In this document: positions 1-11,614 of the stretch, one piece after another | Layout: each line of letters opens with the position of its first letter | Position numbering within the stretch: the first letter of the stretch is position 1 | DNA from: Flectonema sp. DT1601 | Taxonomy: Eukaryota | DNA: 64,000 nucleotides | NCBI GenBank assembly: GCA_964019425.1 | Contig: OZ025802.1 | Span: 248,001 to 312,000 of the forward strand | Direction: 5' to 3' | Notes under the pieces: model-generated | Database searches by the model: none | What the model was told of the DNA's origin: nothing | The model's input: the letters and a program-made list of their open reading frames with translations, nothing else | Made by a program: the position numbers and the translations under genes

Positions 1-455
1 AAAAGGTGCATATCTCTTGAGTGCGGGAGAAGGGGGAAAAAATAGTAAAAAAAAAAAAATTAGGGGTGTTTTTTACTCAGATTTTCTCGATCTTTCCATT
101 CCAGGTCTGGGATTAATATTTATCATTGAGTAGTACCAAGGAAATTTTGCAAAGAGACGTTTATCTCTTTTTAGCAGCACTTACCATGTTTAAAAGTATA
201 TCCCTATGCCTAATTTTACAGATCGCACCCTCCCCGATTCCAAAAAATAAAAAATCGAGCAAAAGTAACATATCGTGTAACCTTGCTCAGGCGGTGAGAA
301 AATGGTGTTTTTTGTTCGCAAAAAAAAGGAATGACTGATATATATTTAAAATATAATTGTTCTGCTGTTTTGTTCTATTTCACACACCCTAACGGAAAAA
401 AAAACGTATTTTTAATCGAAAGAACGGAGAACACAAAAGACTTAAACGTTTGTAT

Positions 456-2099
456 TTAATTATCCCAATCAAAAGGTAACCAAAACCCCTGATCACTAAC
501 TACCCCACAAAGCTTTGGAACTAATACCGTCCGGTACTCAGCTTCAGTTGTTATATTACAAGAAGGAAATGAATAAGAAGAAGCTTTCGTTAATTCTCGA
601 TAAAGTAACTTTCGAGTAGACTCATGAGAAGGATCAGAACTCAGGTCATGACTTTCTGAAGGATCAAGTATAACGTTAAATAAACAACCCTTACCAATAT
701 GACATTGTCTTCCTAAAGATGATGTGTTAAGTGAGTTCCACGGTGCGAATCCCATCGCCTGATTAACACCTTTTCTTGTATCTCTTCGGATGATTCCACC
801 TGATAACCCATATGGGATTTCAAAAGTACTAACTGGAGGAGGATATGTCAGATTATCAAGTCCTGCATGTCCAATTATTAATTTGAAGTCTCCCTGTCTG
901 ATTGATGCAGTAGTGCAATGAGTCTCATTTGAGTTACATATTGAAGATAATGGTGAATGGATGATCGTTTCTCTGGTGGATCTTCCTGTTCCGGGTCTTG
1001 AGATTTGATTCCATAAATCATATCCAGTTACTCCGTTTGGTTTTAATGATGATGTCGAATTGACAATCCCAACAACAATCGTTGGAAGCAAATCAGAAAT
1101 ATGCATCATCCCCTCAAATACTGAACTTTTGTCAATTCTCGTTGGAGAGTAAAAAATCGCCGATGTCCTAACCGAACCCTCCCAGGAACCTGGAACCGAT
1201 CCCCTAAAAGGAATATTACTGCTTTGATATTGATCACCACCAGTAACTCCGTGTATTATTATAATGTAATTATCATCGTTAATAGAAGAGAAAGCTTGTT
1301 CGATTCTTGAAAGTTGGATGTCAGAATAATACAGCATTCCGTTGGCTATCTTTCGAGCATCTTTTGTTATAAATTGAAATTTTGGATACAAATATGGAAC
1401 AGCAACATTAAGAGGACTACTCAAAGCATGAAGTGAAAGTAAAATATAAATCGGTGAAGTTTTTTCATTAATTATTTTGACGGCACGATCAGTGTACATT
1501 TTTGTAGAATAATCTTCGTAGTATGTTTCTATATCTGCGTGGGTTACCTTACTTGAATTGAACAGCACATCAGCTAAGTCAGTCATCGGTCCCGCAGTTG
1601 GTGTCGGAGCTGTTCCACAATCAGTGCTGTCAGGAGAACGGATGTGCCACCAGTAGTCACCAGTGTTTTCAGATGATCCAAAAAACGTATCAAAGCCTCT
1701 ATAAGTTGGAGTATAATTCCTAGTAACCCAACCGAGATGCCATCCTCCTAGGTAGTGTGAAGTGTAGTTCAATGGCTTAAGGTATTCAGGAATTGTTTTT
1801 AATCCCTGAGGTAATCCCTGCCACATAGATCCATTGCATTTATTTCCATAACCAGCCTCATAACTGTATCTACCTGTTAACATAGCTGCTCTACTTGGGG
1901 CAGACATCCCCCCTCCATAAAACTCGTTAATAGTAACACCCTTTGATGCTAGGCTGTCGAGGTATGGTGTTGCTCCTTCACCATTTCTCCAACCAACGTC
2001 ATTGTATCCGAGCTGATCAAAAACAACGTGAATTATCGACGGATGGCTGCTATCACTAATTGCAACCACTGTCAGCAACAGCAACAAACTACCCGACAT
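456..2099 (-). CDS. Secreted sulfatase-family (arylsulfatase B-like) protein, probably catalytically atypical
   Basis: 547-aa ORF with N-terminal hydrophobic signal; sulfatase-like motifs DQLGYNDVG, TPYLDSLA, SAPSRAAMLTGRY, GWHLG, RGFDTFFG, LFNVILDPSESHDL. Confidence 0.85.
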   Translation of the reverse strand: MSGSLLLLLTVVAISDSSHPSIIHVVFDQLGYNDVGWRNGEGATPYLDSLASKGVTINEFYGGGMSAPSRAAMLTGRYSYEAGYGNKCNGSMWQGLPQGLKTIPEYLKPLNYTSHYLGGWHLGWVTRNYTPTYRGFDTFFGSSENTGDYWWHIRSPDSTDCGTAPTPTAGPMTDLADVLFNSSKVTHADIETYYEDYSTKMYTDRAVKIINEKTSPIYILLSLHALSSPLNVAVPYLYPKFQFITKDARKIANGMLYYSDIQLSRIEQAFSSINDDNYIIIIHGVTGGDQYQSSNIPFRGSVPGSWEGSVRTSAIFYSPTRIDKSSVFEGMMHISDLLPTIVVGIVNSTSSLKPNGVTGYDLWNQISRPGTGRSTRETIIHSPLSSICNSNETHCTTASIRQGDFKLIIGHAGLDNLTYPPPVSTFEIPYGLSGGIIRRDTRKGVNQAMGFAPWNSLNTSSLGRQCHIGKGCLFNVILDPSESHDLSSDPSHESTRKLLYRELTKASSYSFPSCNITTEAEYRTVLVPKLCGVVSDQGFWLPFDWDN

Positions 2100-2282
2100 T
2101 ATTTTTTTTTATTATTTTTGTACCTGCTGGTTTTTTTTTACAAAAAAACTTTAATTATAAACACCGCAGTCAAATCGATGCAAACGACAATCCCGAATCT
2201 GTAAAAACTCGAAAGGCATCTGTCTGAACAAAGAAGACGGTTAGATTAATACTGTAAATGGCACTCTAAGACCTCGGTGTCT

Positions 2283-2834
2283 CTAAGTCTTAGATATCCT
2301 GGGTGTTCCTTGTTTAATACGAGGATAAGGTGGTGTTCCAGCACTAGAAGGACGAAGACTCCGATGTGATCTCACCGAAGAGGAAGGACGTGTTGCAGTT
2401 CCAGGCCGTTGTATGCTTTGATAAGTAGAATTACTTTTAGCGTTTTGAGGTTTTAATTTTGATGATATTAAAGGAGGACAACTACTTGCCGTTAGCGAAG
2501 ATGCCGTTGAGTTTCCTGAAGCACTGCTTCCAACACTCGACAAGTTCGAAGCCGCCCAGTGCTTTAATAATTTTTTTTTAAGAATTCGAATCTCAGATAC
2601 GATTTCTCGATTGTCTCGAGCTCGTTCAGTGAGAGTGGTTTCGAGACCTTTTAGACGACTGTTGACTTCAGACACGTCTCTTCTCATACCTCTTCTCTCT
2701 GAGCTACCATCAGAGATACTTCCTACTATGGTAGTCAGGTATCTCATTTTATTTCGTTTTTCCCTGTTGACATGTTCTCCCCAAGCAGTAGACTGCTCTG
2801 CTGTTGAATGCGCAAATCTCTCATCGATAGGCAT
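2283..2834 (-). CDS. Hypothetical protein (coiled coil plus Ser/Arg-rich tail)
   Basis: 183-aa ATG ORF without homopolymer runs, preceded by acceptor-like ttttatcAG (2844-2845). Confidence 0.65.
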   Translation of the reverse strand: MPIDERFAHSTAEQSTAWGEHVNREKRNKMRYLTTIVGSISDGSSERRGMRRDVSEVNSRLKGLETTLTERARDNREIVSEIRILKKKLLKHWAASNLSSVGSSASGNSTASSLTASSCPPLISSKLKPQNAKSNSTYQSIQRPGTATRPSSSVRSHRSLRPSSAGTPPYPRIKQGTPRISKT

Positions 2835-3391
2835 GTAGTGAACCTGATAAAATACAAATATACATCACCGGTAGTAAAATAGAGTACGTAGTTGTTGTCT
2901 CTTTCACTCCATCCGCACATGATAGTGTTTCTTTTAAACAGGCTGCATACACAAAAAGAAATATAATCAAATACCCAGAATAAGGTTGAATCAGATTCGC
3001 TAATAAGCTGTCGGCAGTATACACTTATCTTTTTTTTTTTTTTTTAATTTTTTTTTTTTTTCTTATGTCAGGTAAAACGTCAGTTTTTTTTTTTTTTTCT
3101 GTCTTTTTTTTTTTTTTTTGAAAGATAAAAAAAAAAAAAAAAAAAACACTATAATCGAATTACTAACATAATCTAACTGACAAAGATGTTCATTTGTCAG
3201 TTGTACGGTGCCATCTTTTGACACAGAGGTAAAATGGTACCTATCACCTCCAGTATCGTCTTGTAGACGACTTCGTCCGAAAGTTTTTTTTTACACAATG
3301 TCATAAGTGCCAGCCTGGCCTAATACACCAGTCAGTAAGAGACTGCTTATCGTATTATTGAACTGTGCAGTTGCTGTGATTCTGATAATGA

Positions 3392-4924
3392 TCACAAGAA
3401 ATTATCAAAATAAACAGAGTTTACTGTGTTTTTTCCATCTTTACTTATCATGCGAGTTCCATTTCCATTCCATCTAAAGGTTGCTCTCATCATTGGGTCA
3501 CTAGGTTTTCCTAACACATCACGAGGTTGTTGAGATGGTAAGTTTGTAGTTTGACCAGCGTAGTTGTACTCTCGGAGAAGACTCTTTTGAACTAAAGAAA
3601 CAGGTTCAGATTTTTTAAAATATGCCATCGGTGCTCTTTCTGTTTCACCCTCAAGTTCTTTTTCGAGTACCGAGATTTCACGCTCCGTGAATGGAGCAAC
3701 ATCTGCTTTTTGATAAGAACGAACAGAAGATATGTCACCCTCGCCTTTTGCAGACCACCATTCTCCAGATTCAACAACAGCAGTTCTGTGTCTGAATGAA
3801 GAGACTGAGGGATCGCTTTCCGGAATGATTCCCAGTGCTTGTGCTTGAAGGAGTTTCTGTTTCGATTCAGCTATCATATCCGCTCCTTTCATAATATTTT
3901 TGTCATCTTTTATTTTGGAATACAACCTCGATGCCAACAACACGTTGTCACTTTCTAATAAATATCTAATAGCAGTAGAATACAAACAATAGATTTCATC
4001 ACTCGCTAATGGAATAGTTTTCGACCTTGACTGATGACAGAGTCCAACCGCCCAGACAACACGTACAGAGTGTTCAGATGATATACAGCAATCTAACAAA
4101 GCAGAAATAAACTCAAATGATAACGGAATGCTTGATATTTCCATTTCATCATATACAGATAAGGCATCACCAAGGAGACCTCTTGATGCAAATTGCCTCA
4201 CCATCATAGTATATATGTGCCAGTTTTTACAAGGATCAGCCATCCGTTTATACCGACTACAGGCTTCATTGATATCACCTTTTATGAGGAGAGCTACAAT
4301 TTCTTTTTCGTACTCCTTGTCGTCAGGGTCTTGGAATGCGTCGTTTGCTTGTTCATCACCGATTAAAAATTTCCTTTGAAACTCTTCAGCAAGAGGATGT
4401 CTTTGTAAATACATTGCGTGGTTCTGCTTCCAAATACGTCTTCTTGAATTGTCGGCTCGGAAACCACTTCCGAGAATTGATTCTGCCACGAGAGACTCAT
4501 CAAAAAACTCATGGAACTGATGTGGCACAATATGCTTTCCCATGTGTAAGATATCACCGTCTATAGCATCAACGAGACCGTCAATATAGATGTCAGGCAT
4601 GAATTTCTGTGCTTCGTCTCTGGGGATGAGTCTATTACCGTAAATATCATTCGGTGGCATGGGTGGGATTCCTTTCTCTTCGTTTGCTTCCCAAGTGGTA
4701 TTTCCTCTGCTTGGATCAATAGTTTTATGATACCTGTCTCTACCAGTCATGCCACTGTTCATAAAATATGGATCTTCAATACCTCTCTCAAGTGGAAACC
4801 CTGGTATATCTCTTGAAAAAGCAGTGCAGAAATGATATTTTTTTTTCGCTGGAGGTTTGCCGAACCAATGAGCATCTGAACGCGGTTTTGCTTTTCTAGC
4901 AAATAAATTCTTCGTCGGACGCAT
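3392..4924 (-). CDS. PPR-motif protein, probably mitochondrial
   Basis: 510-aa ORF; basic, acid-free N-terminus; PPR-like helix pair YTMMVRQFASRGLLGDALSVYDEMEISSIPLS. Confidence 0.7.
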   Translation of the reverse strand: MRPTKNLFARKAKPRSDAHWFGKPPAKKKYHFCTAFSRDIPGFPLERGIEDPYFMNSGMTGRDRYHKTIDPSRGNTTWEANEEKGIPPMPPNDIYGNRLIPRDEAQKFMPDIYIDGLVDAIDGDILHMGKHIVPHQFHEFFDESLVAESILGSGFRADNSRRRIWKQNHAMYLQRHPLAEEFQRKFLIGDEQANDAFQDPDDKEYEKEIVALLIKGDINEACSRYKRMADPCKNWHIYTMMVRQFASRGLLGDALSVYDEMEISSIPLSFEFISALLDCCISSEHSVRVVWAVGLCHQSRSKTIPLASDEIYCLYSTAIRYLLESDNVLLASRLYSKIKDDKNIMKGADMIAESKQKLLQAQALGIIPESDPSVSSFRHRTAVVESGEWWSAKGEGDISSVRSYQKADVAPFTEREISVLEKELEGETERAPMAYFKKSEPVSLVQKSLLREYNYAGQTTNLPSQQPRDVLGKPSDPMMRATFRWNGNGTRMISKDGKNTVNSVYFDNFL

Positions 4925-5637
4925 CTTTCTTTTTGATTTTTTTTAATTTTGACCCCCCCCTGAATTGAAAATTAGTACAATATTTAATACTAGTTCTTAA
5001 CCGTAGCCTGTCACCTCATTTTGAACAAGCAAACTAAAAGTGTTATTCTCATCAAAAAAAAAAAAAAAAACATAAATAAACAGTTGTATGAAGGAAAGGA
5101 GTTGGAAGAAAAAAAGAAATCTTTTTTTTTTTTTTTTTTAAAAGTGAAATGCCTCTTTTAATATATATTTTTTTTTTTTAATTCTTTTTTTTCTTCCCCC
5201 TACTTTACTTTGGGGTACTGCTACGTGAACACTACCGCTACTGAACTACTTTATTCTTGGGACACGGGACAGTTTTTTCATGCCTTGGAGTGTTTTTAGA
5301 TGATTCAGTTTGTCGAGCGCCTGTTTGCAGTAGGTTTTTTTTTCTTTTTTCTTTTTTTCTTTTTACTAAATTAGAGTTTCAAAAGGTCGCTATTTTTATT
5401 TTTATAAACTGATGGAAATACGTGGACCATATGTAAGGCGAAAATGAAGTATAAAACGTATCAAGATGACGAGGTGCTGAAATTAGGATTATCAATGTGT
5501 GTAGGTCCTTTAAATAAAAGATGTACATTTTAGTTGAAGCAGTTTCCTTCCCTCACATTTCGTTCTTTCCTTCTTTTCTTTTTTTTGTTTTCTTTTTTTT
5601 GTTTTCTTTCCCTGTTTTTATTGCTATTGTGTTGTTG

Positions 5638-5676
<39 letters not shown>

Positions 5677-5986
5677 CCTTCTCTCCTTCCCCTTTTTTTT
5701 TTTTTTTTTATTATTATTATTATTATTTTATTTTATTTTTTTCCCCCCTCCGCTACTGACGGAAATCTACCGTTCGAATGCAGGGCAGGGACACTCGTGA
5801 GACGAAATCCCAATTAAACGTGGAAACCAGGCTTAACATTGGATTATTCGGTTTTTTCTTTTTCTTTCTTTTTTTTTTTTTTTCCCTTCTTTTTTTTTCC
5901 TTTTTCTGTCCTCTTAGTCATAAGTGTTGAATTAAGGTTTTCTCAACACGAATGCTGCTCGCACATCAACAAGGACAAAAAAGGAA

Positions 5987-6021
<35 letters not shown>

Positions 6022-8315
6022 GCAAAAAAACTTGAAACAAAAAAATAAGGGGGGGGGGAAAAAGTGAGGGGACTTTACCAACCTCGTCAAGCTGACGTGT
6101 TCTACCGAAACAAAAGGAAAATCAGGAGAGAATTGAAATGGGAGGAGGGTGTACGCTACTCAATAAACCAATATTTGCAAAGACACACTACTACGCCCGA
6201 CAACCAGGAAGAGGGGCAAACCGCTGTTCTTTTTCAAAAAAAACCCCATACTTCTGGGGATAAGAATAACGTGTGATTGTATAATCAAATTATAAGAAAA
6301 AAAAAGAAGAAACGGGAGGATCGAGGAAAAATATTTGTTTTTTTTTTTTTTTTTTTTTTTTTTGTGTGTGAGGCCTACCACTATTAACTCAAGACGCAGG
6401 CAAGCTCTCGTGATAAGTAGAAACTGTGGCAAAGGTAGAACCAACAAACCGAAACTGAAAGCGAGGAGGAGATGGAAGAGGCGGAGAGTCAATGAAATCT
6501 GTTTGGGGAAGGGATTCAAAAAAGAAAGAAAAAAAAAGGTGGGAGAACAGGGAATAACATAACGCAGTCCACAACGACGTACTTTATTTTTTTTTTTTCT
6601 TTTTTTTTCCCCCTCCAACACAAAATGAAGGAAGGAGAAAGACTAGAGAACTTAGAGTTACCTTTCTACAGACTCACCGGGAACGATAAAAATAAATTTA
6701 AAAAAAAAAATAATAATGATAATAATTGCAGAGAATACAGAAGATGCCAATACCTGATTAAATCCACAAAACCGATTGTTTTTTTTTTTTTTTTTTTTTC
6801 TATTCACGACCTGTTGTTTTCACACTGAAAACCCAACAAAATCTCAACCAGCTCGTTTGATGCACAATGAAATCCTACCTTAGTGCAATACGCCACACAA
6901 AATCAGTGCAAGTTATCCTAAAAGGGAGAAGCGAAGATGAAAGATAAGAAAATCGGGATGATACGTTTCAGTCCGCAGCAAGTAACATGTAAAACCGTCA
7001 TTGTTTTCGAAATGGGCTTTTGTTCACTATCCAAAGCAACAAGTGTTGGAAATACGCTGTTCTCTTGTCGGAAGCTGAGAGAAAACAAAGTGAGTTCGAC
7101 ATCTCTCTGAGACATTGGAGAGCATTCCTTCTGCGAATGTGTATTCTCGATTTTTTTTTTTTTTTTTTTTTTTTTTAAGTTGGTGTTGGTTTTGCAGAGG
7201 TACGGTAATCTATCACGCAAAAACGGACGCCCACCCCACCCCCATCGAGCAATTCACGTAAATCACGATTAAAAAAAAAAAAAAAAAAAAAAAGTAAAAT
7301 TTCAAGAAGATTTCATAAATGGAAATGATTTAGCCCTCAGAGGCCACGCTGACGACTATTTCAGCCAGAGCGGCATTTTCATTGTGGTCAATACTTTTTT
7401 ATTTTTTTTTTTAAATTCTTTTTTTTTTTTTTTCTTATGAACAGAGAGCTATAACTAAAAGAAAGGGAAACAACAACAGAAAAAAAAAAAAAAATGGAAA
7501 AAAAAAAATTTCAAGAAGCGGAAATAAAAGAAAAGTAAAGCGTTTATAAAAGTGTAAAGCCAGTAGTAGTATAGAAAAATCAACAAACAAAGCAGCAACA
7601 AAACCGTTTTTTATTTTTATTTTTATTTTTATATTTATATTTATATTTATTTATTTTTTTTTTTTTTTGACCAAGTAAGTACCATGTTCCCGCAATACAA
7701 CAGGGCCAAAAGGAAACGAAAAGAAAAGAATCGATACCTAAATTTAAAAAAAAAAAGAAAAGGTTAGCTAACCCTTAACACTAAAAAAAATAAAAAAACA
7801 ACTGGAGTTCCTCACTGGTATCAAAGGGTGGCCTGGTGTGCAATCAAACTTGTTCATAGTCAGATTGTGTAGTCGCCTGGACGTGAACAAGCTCCCCTTT
7901 TAAAAAGATATGGGAAAAAAAAATTATAAAATTGTGTGGAAAAGAGCTCAACATCACTGGTTGTATAAGAAACATTTTCTCCATCGAAAAAAAAAAAAAA
8001 AAAAACATTGCACCACATAACATAACTACGTCAGTTATTCAGTTATAAGACCGGCTCATCATAACCTACGAGGGGTTCAATGAGAATATTAAGGTGCTAA
8101 TTCAATGCCGAAAAGTATCCAAGAGAGAATTTTTCTTTTGATATAACTCTTCTATTGGTCGATTTTTTTTTTTTTTTTTGAAACTACACACACAGTTCGC
8201 TGACATTGTGTGCTGCGACAGTTCTCTCCTTAGTCGACATCTTTTTCTTTTTTTTTTTTTTTTTTTTGCTTTCGTATTTTTTTTTTTTTTTCCTTTCAAA
8301 TTTCGTTATGACATC

Positions 8316-8353
<38 letters not shown>

Positions 8354-8842
8354 GAGGGGATCTTTGGAATTTACGTAGGAGGTCGGGAAGGAGAAAAAAC
8401 CCGAATTGAAGAAAAAAAAAGAAGAAAAAAAAATGCAAAGTCTAAGCCCATGATATGCCCCAGGCTGCGGAAAAAATTTTCTCAAAACCTTTTTTTTTTT
8501 TTTTTTTTTGCGATATGAATTGATTGCTACTTTTTTTTACTTTTTTTTGCAGAGTATTCCTTACATGGAAAATTAACAACGGTGGAAATTATCACTTCTT
8601 TTGTCCCATAAGTAGTGAACCAGCTACAGCAATGAAAAAAGAACTCTGAAGTCCTTACTGGGGCTTATGATAGTCACTGTTGCGTTGCTTGGAAGTTTTT
8701 TTTTTTTTTCCCCTCGATTTGAGGAACGTGATAATCTAAGGTAAAGATCACAACATACCCGCAGCAAGCGTCCCACTAACGCATGACTTTCGTTAAGTGA
8801 ACACAAAAAGACAAGAAGATTTTCTGTTCAAGAAAAAAAAAC

Positions 8843-8962
8843 AAACCATTCAGATTAGCCTTATATTTCCTTGAACGCAGACAGAATCCTGTCGCACGGG
8901 AGAAAATAAATCTTGACCATAAGAAATAACCGGCTTTCAATCTAAACAGTTTCTTTTCCGAC
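8843..8962 (+). repeat. Dispersed repeat family B, short copy
   Basis: aaccattcagattagcctt...gtcgcacggg...gaccataagaaataac...ctttcaatct...ccgac matches 23651-23710 plus 23976-24038, and partly 53785-53850. Confidence 0.8.
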
Positions 8963-9104
8963 AAAAAAAAAAAAAAAAAGCTGCTCACGCAGCACAAAAC
9001 TACTTACTGCGGCAGTACAGAACGAATTCCCGTGCAGAAGTGGATAAATCAATATAGACAGCAGGTATTTGTTTCTAAACTGTAGCAGTACAGTATTCGA
9101 GGGG

Positions 9105-9136
<32 letters not shown>

Positions 9137-9298
9137 CGAAGTGTAGAAAAATAATCGCGCACTACAAATCGGCATCACTCTACCTTTCCCAGCAGGGGTG
9201 TTACAGATCAGCCTAATCTCTCTTGTCTACAATTAGAAAAACTACCGCTCCCCTCAGACTAACTTCGATTGAAAAACACAAGTCCACACCATAGCTAT

Positions 9299-11155
9299 CT
9301 ACAATGGAATAGTTATATCACGAGGTGGCTGTGTAGTAACTATCCGCGCAGGGGCTGGAAGGTCACCCGTAATAGGAGAGCGCACAGGCGACTTCGTAGA
9401 AGCAGACATCGAAGGTGATAATTGCTGAGTTTCGTATACATAACAAGGTACTTCATTGTGTTTCATTTCAGCTATGATTGCGTCGAGAGGGTTTGGGTCA
9501 GGTAGTTTAGTAATCTCAGCAGCTTTTATAATGGTTCTAACAGCTTCATCAGTAATCCCAAGAGTATTTAATACGTCATCTGCCAGGGTATTTAATGTGT
9601 CCATACTTACTAAGTCTTTACGATGTGCTTGAACTAACCGAAACCATTCATCTTCCTGAATATCATCCGGTTTATCAATAGTGCAATTACAAATCGGATC
9701 AATCCACGATGTGATAGGCTGGTTGTACATGGGTCCCCATACTTGCATTTCCTTCTTCGCCATCGCCGCTGCTTCACGAATTTTTCTCTCTCTAATTTTT
9801 CGTCTGTTTCTCGGAGATCTCGATTTACTAAATTTTATATCGTCAACAATTGTCTCTTCAGGTATGAACGACACGCATAAGTTTCGGGTTCGCTGGAGGT
9901 ATTTCAGAACGGCATTCAAATCAATTTTAAGTTTTTCAGGAGTCATCTCTAATCTATCTTCCTTAGGAGGTGCAGCAGCTGGTGGAAGAGAACGGGTGCT
10001 TAGTTGTGGTCGGATTGCAGGCATTACATCAGGCAGTGAAAAGAAACCACCGTCATAAGTTGCGACTCTGTAAGGCCGAGCTGATGACTTTTCACCTCCA
10101 ACTGCAAGGCAGCTGTTGCTGTTAGGGAAGACTGGAGGAGGAGGATCAGTACCATCGAGTGCTGGTAGTTCATCATCATCTTCTAAAGAGTCGCATGACA
10201 CGACCTTCTTAAGACCACCCCCCATGTCAGGTCTCTCCAATGGAAGTGACGGAAGGTAATCATCGAAGTCGCCCGCACTCCAAACTTTTCTCAAATCTGC
10301 TGCACTACCTCCGTCAGTGAATCCTTTCTTTGTGACCTGTAGAGCTGATGGCATCCGATTGGGAGTTCCATCGCAGTTATTAAAACTCTTACCGTGAAGT
10401 TCAGAAGTTAATTCTATAGTAGTCGTACACGCTCTTGTTATTTTTGTTTCCGCAATTTGAATCTCAAATTCGTATTGAAATAGTTCTGGACATGAGTTTG
10501 ATCTCCTCCTCTTCACGGTGTCCATGGATAAACTATTTCCAGTAAAGCTACAGAATGGTGAAACAGTTACAATGGGAGTTCCTAGTTCATAATCTTGTGG
10601 TGTTCTCCAAGTTAATTCCGCTCTGTCAGGGATCATGGTTGCTAAGGATTTAAGCATTAAATCTTTTGTTATTTCCTGATTTGATCCAAGCCAAATCTTT
10701 ACTAAAAATGAACTAGGATGGCAAGACACTCCGTTAACGTTCTGTACTACATCTTGATCTTTACAACCTACAAGGTGAGCTGCTAAGTCATACCAGAGTC
10801 TAAATATCGTCGGTGAATCTTTGAATACGATTCTTATCTGTGATCCATCCTTGTTACTTTTGTGAGTACTACAAGGTGATCCTCCAAATCTAAACAAATG
10901 AATTATCGATCCTTTTGGAAGATTATCGATACTTAGAGTTGCCCAATGCTTATTAAAAGATTTCATCGTGTTTACTACCGCGACTGCTTCTCTGGTCATT
11001 TTTCCATCGTCTGCGCAGATGTCAACGAAGAATTCAAATAGCGCTATTGATGCCCCGCAATGGAAGCTTTGATTTCCCTCACCCGTTGTGTCAAATATCT
11101 GTTGGTATCCACCCAAAGGAAGGGTGCAACTCCGCAAAACCTTTTGGTTCGACAT
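9299..11155 (-). CDS. Divergent eIF4E-domain protein with long C-terminal extension
   Basis: 618-aa ORF; spacing of V.T...F..HW, IHLFRFGGSP, N..G, LWYDLAAHLVG, VNGV, VKIW matches the eIF4E fold in the first ~190 aa. Confidence 0.7.
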   Translation of the reverse strand: MSNQKVLRSCTLPLGGYQQIFDTTGEGNQSFHCGASIALFEFFVDICADDGKMTREAVAVVNTMKSFNKHWATLSIDNLPKGSIIHLFRFGGSPCSTHKSNKDGSQIRIVFKDSPTIFRLWYDLAAHLVGCKDQDVVQNVNGVSCHPSSFLVKIWLGSNQEITKDLMLKSLATMIPDRAELTWRTPQDYELGTPIVTVSPFCSFTGNSLSMDTVKRRRSNSCPELFQYEFEIQIAETKITRACTTTIELTSELHGKSFNNCDGTPNRMPSALQVTKKGFTDGGSAADLRKVWSAGDFDDYLPSLPLERPDMGGGLKKVVSCDSLEDDDELPALDGTDPPPPVFPNSNSCLAVGGEKSSARPYRVATYDGGFFSLPDVMPAIRPQLSTRSLPPAAAPPKEDRLEMTPEKLKIDLNAVLKYLQRTRNLCVSFIPEETIVDDIKFSKSRSPRNRRKIRERKIREAAAMAKKEMQVWGPMYNQPITSWIDPICNCTIDKPDDIQEDEWFRLVQAHRKDLVSMDTLNTLADDVLNTLGITDEAVRTIIKAAEITKLPDPNPLDAIIAEMKHNEVPCYVYETQQLSPSMSASTKSPVRSPITGDLPAPARIVTTQPPRDITIPL

Positions 11156-11614
11156 CTTTTTGTGTTTTTTCTCTCTCCGACCTTTTTTTTTAAAAAAAAT
11201 AAGTTCATATAAATTTCTTTTTTTTCAATCAACCAAAAAAAAAAAAAATTCTAACTACTATATTTTTTTTTTTCAGCGAAAATTCACAATACTATTTCTA
11301 GGTCAACAATGGAGAGAGCCAACCGACTCAAAAAAAAAAAACAACGATCTAAACGAAAGCTTTTTAACTCCACTAAAAATGGAAAGAAATCTATTACTCC
11401 TTACAATCACAAGAGTTACTCACATAACGCGGATTAGAGAAGGGGAAAAAATAAAAAAAAGTAACATTCGTTACCACATAAATACTTAACTTTTATCCCT
11501 GCTAGTACTAAATGAGTGGAACTTTGCTGCTTTTTTTTTTTTTTTTTTTTTTTTTCCAAAGTTTAAATTTGACAAAGAAAATGGGAAATGAGTGGACTAG
11601 AGTCCCACTCCAGG

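Noticed and set aside
2844..2920. Possible upstream 11-codon exon and 44-nt intron joining in frame to the 183-aa gene; also ORF 2821-3024
   Set aside because: Formally possible, but the donor GTACTC is unlike the other donors and no homology supports it; ORF 2821-3024 has a non-ATG start
5240..5260. Spliced-leader RNA gene (tactttatt resembles the euglenozoan SL 3' end)
   Set aside because: Match too short, not followed by G/GT, and the rest of the leader is absent
5000..9290. Many 60-150 aa ORFs rich in poly-Phe/poly-Lys (also 20100-26900 and 35000-42700)
   Set aside because: Translations of T/A homopolymer tracts, often with non-ATG starts and no protein-like composition
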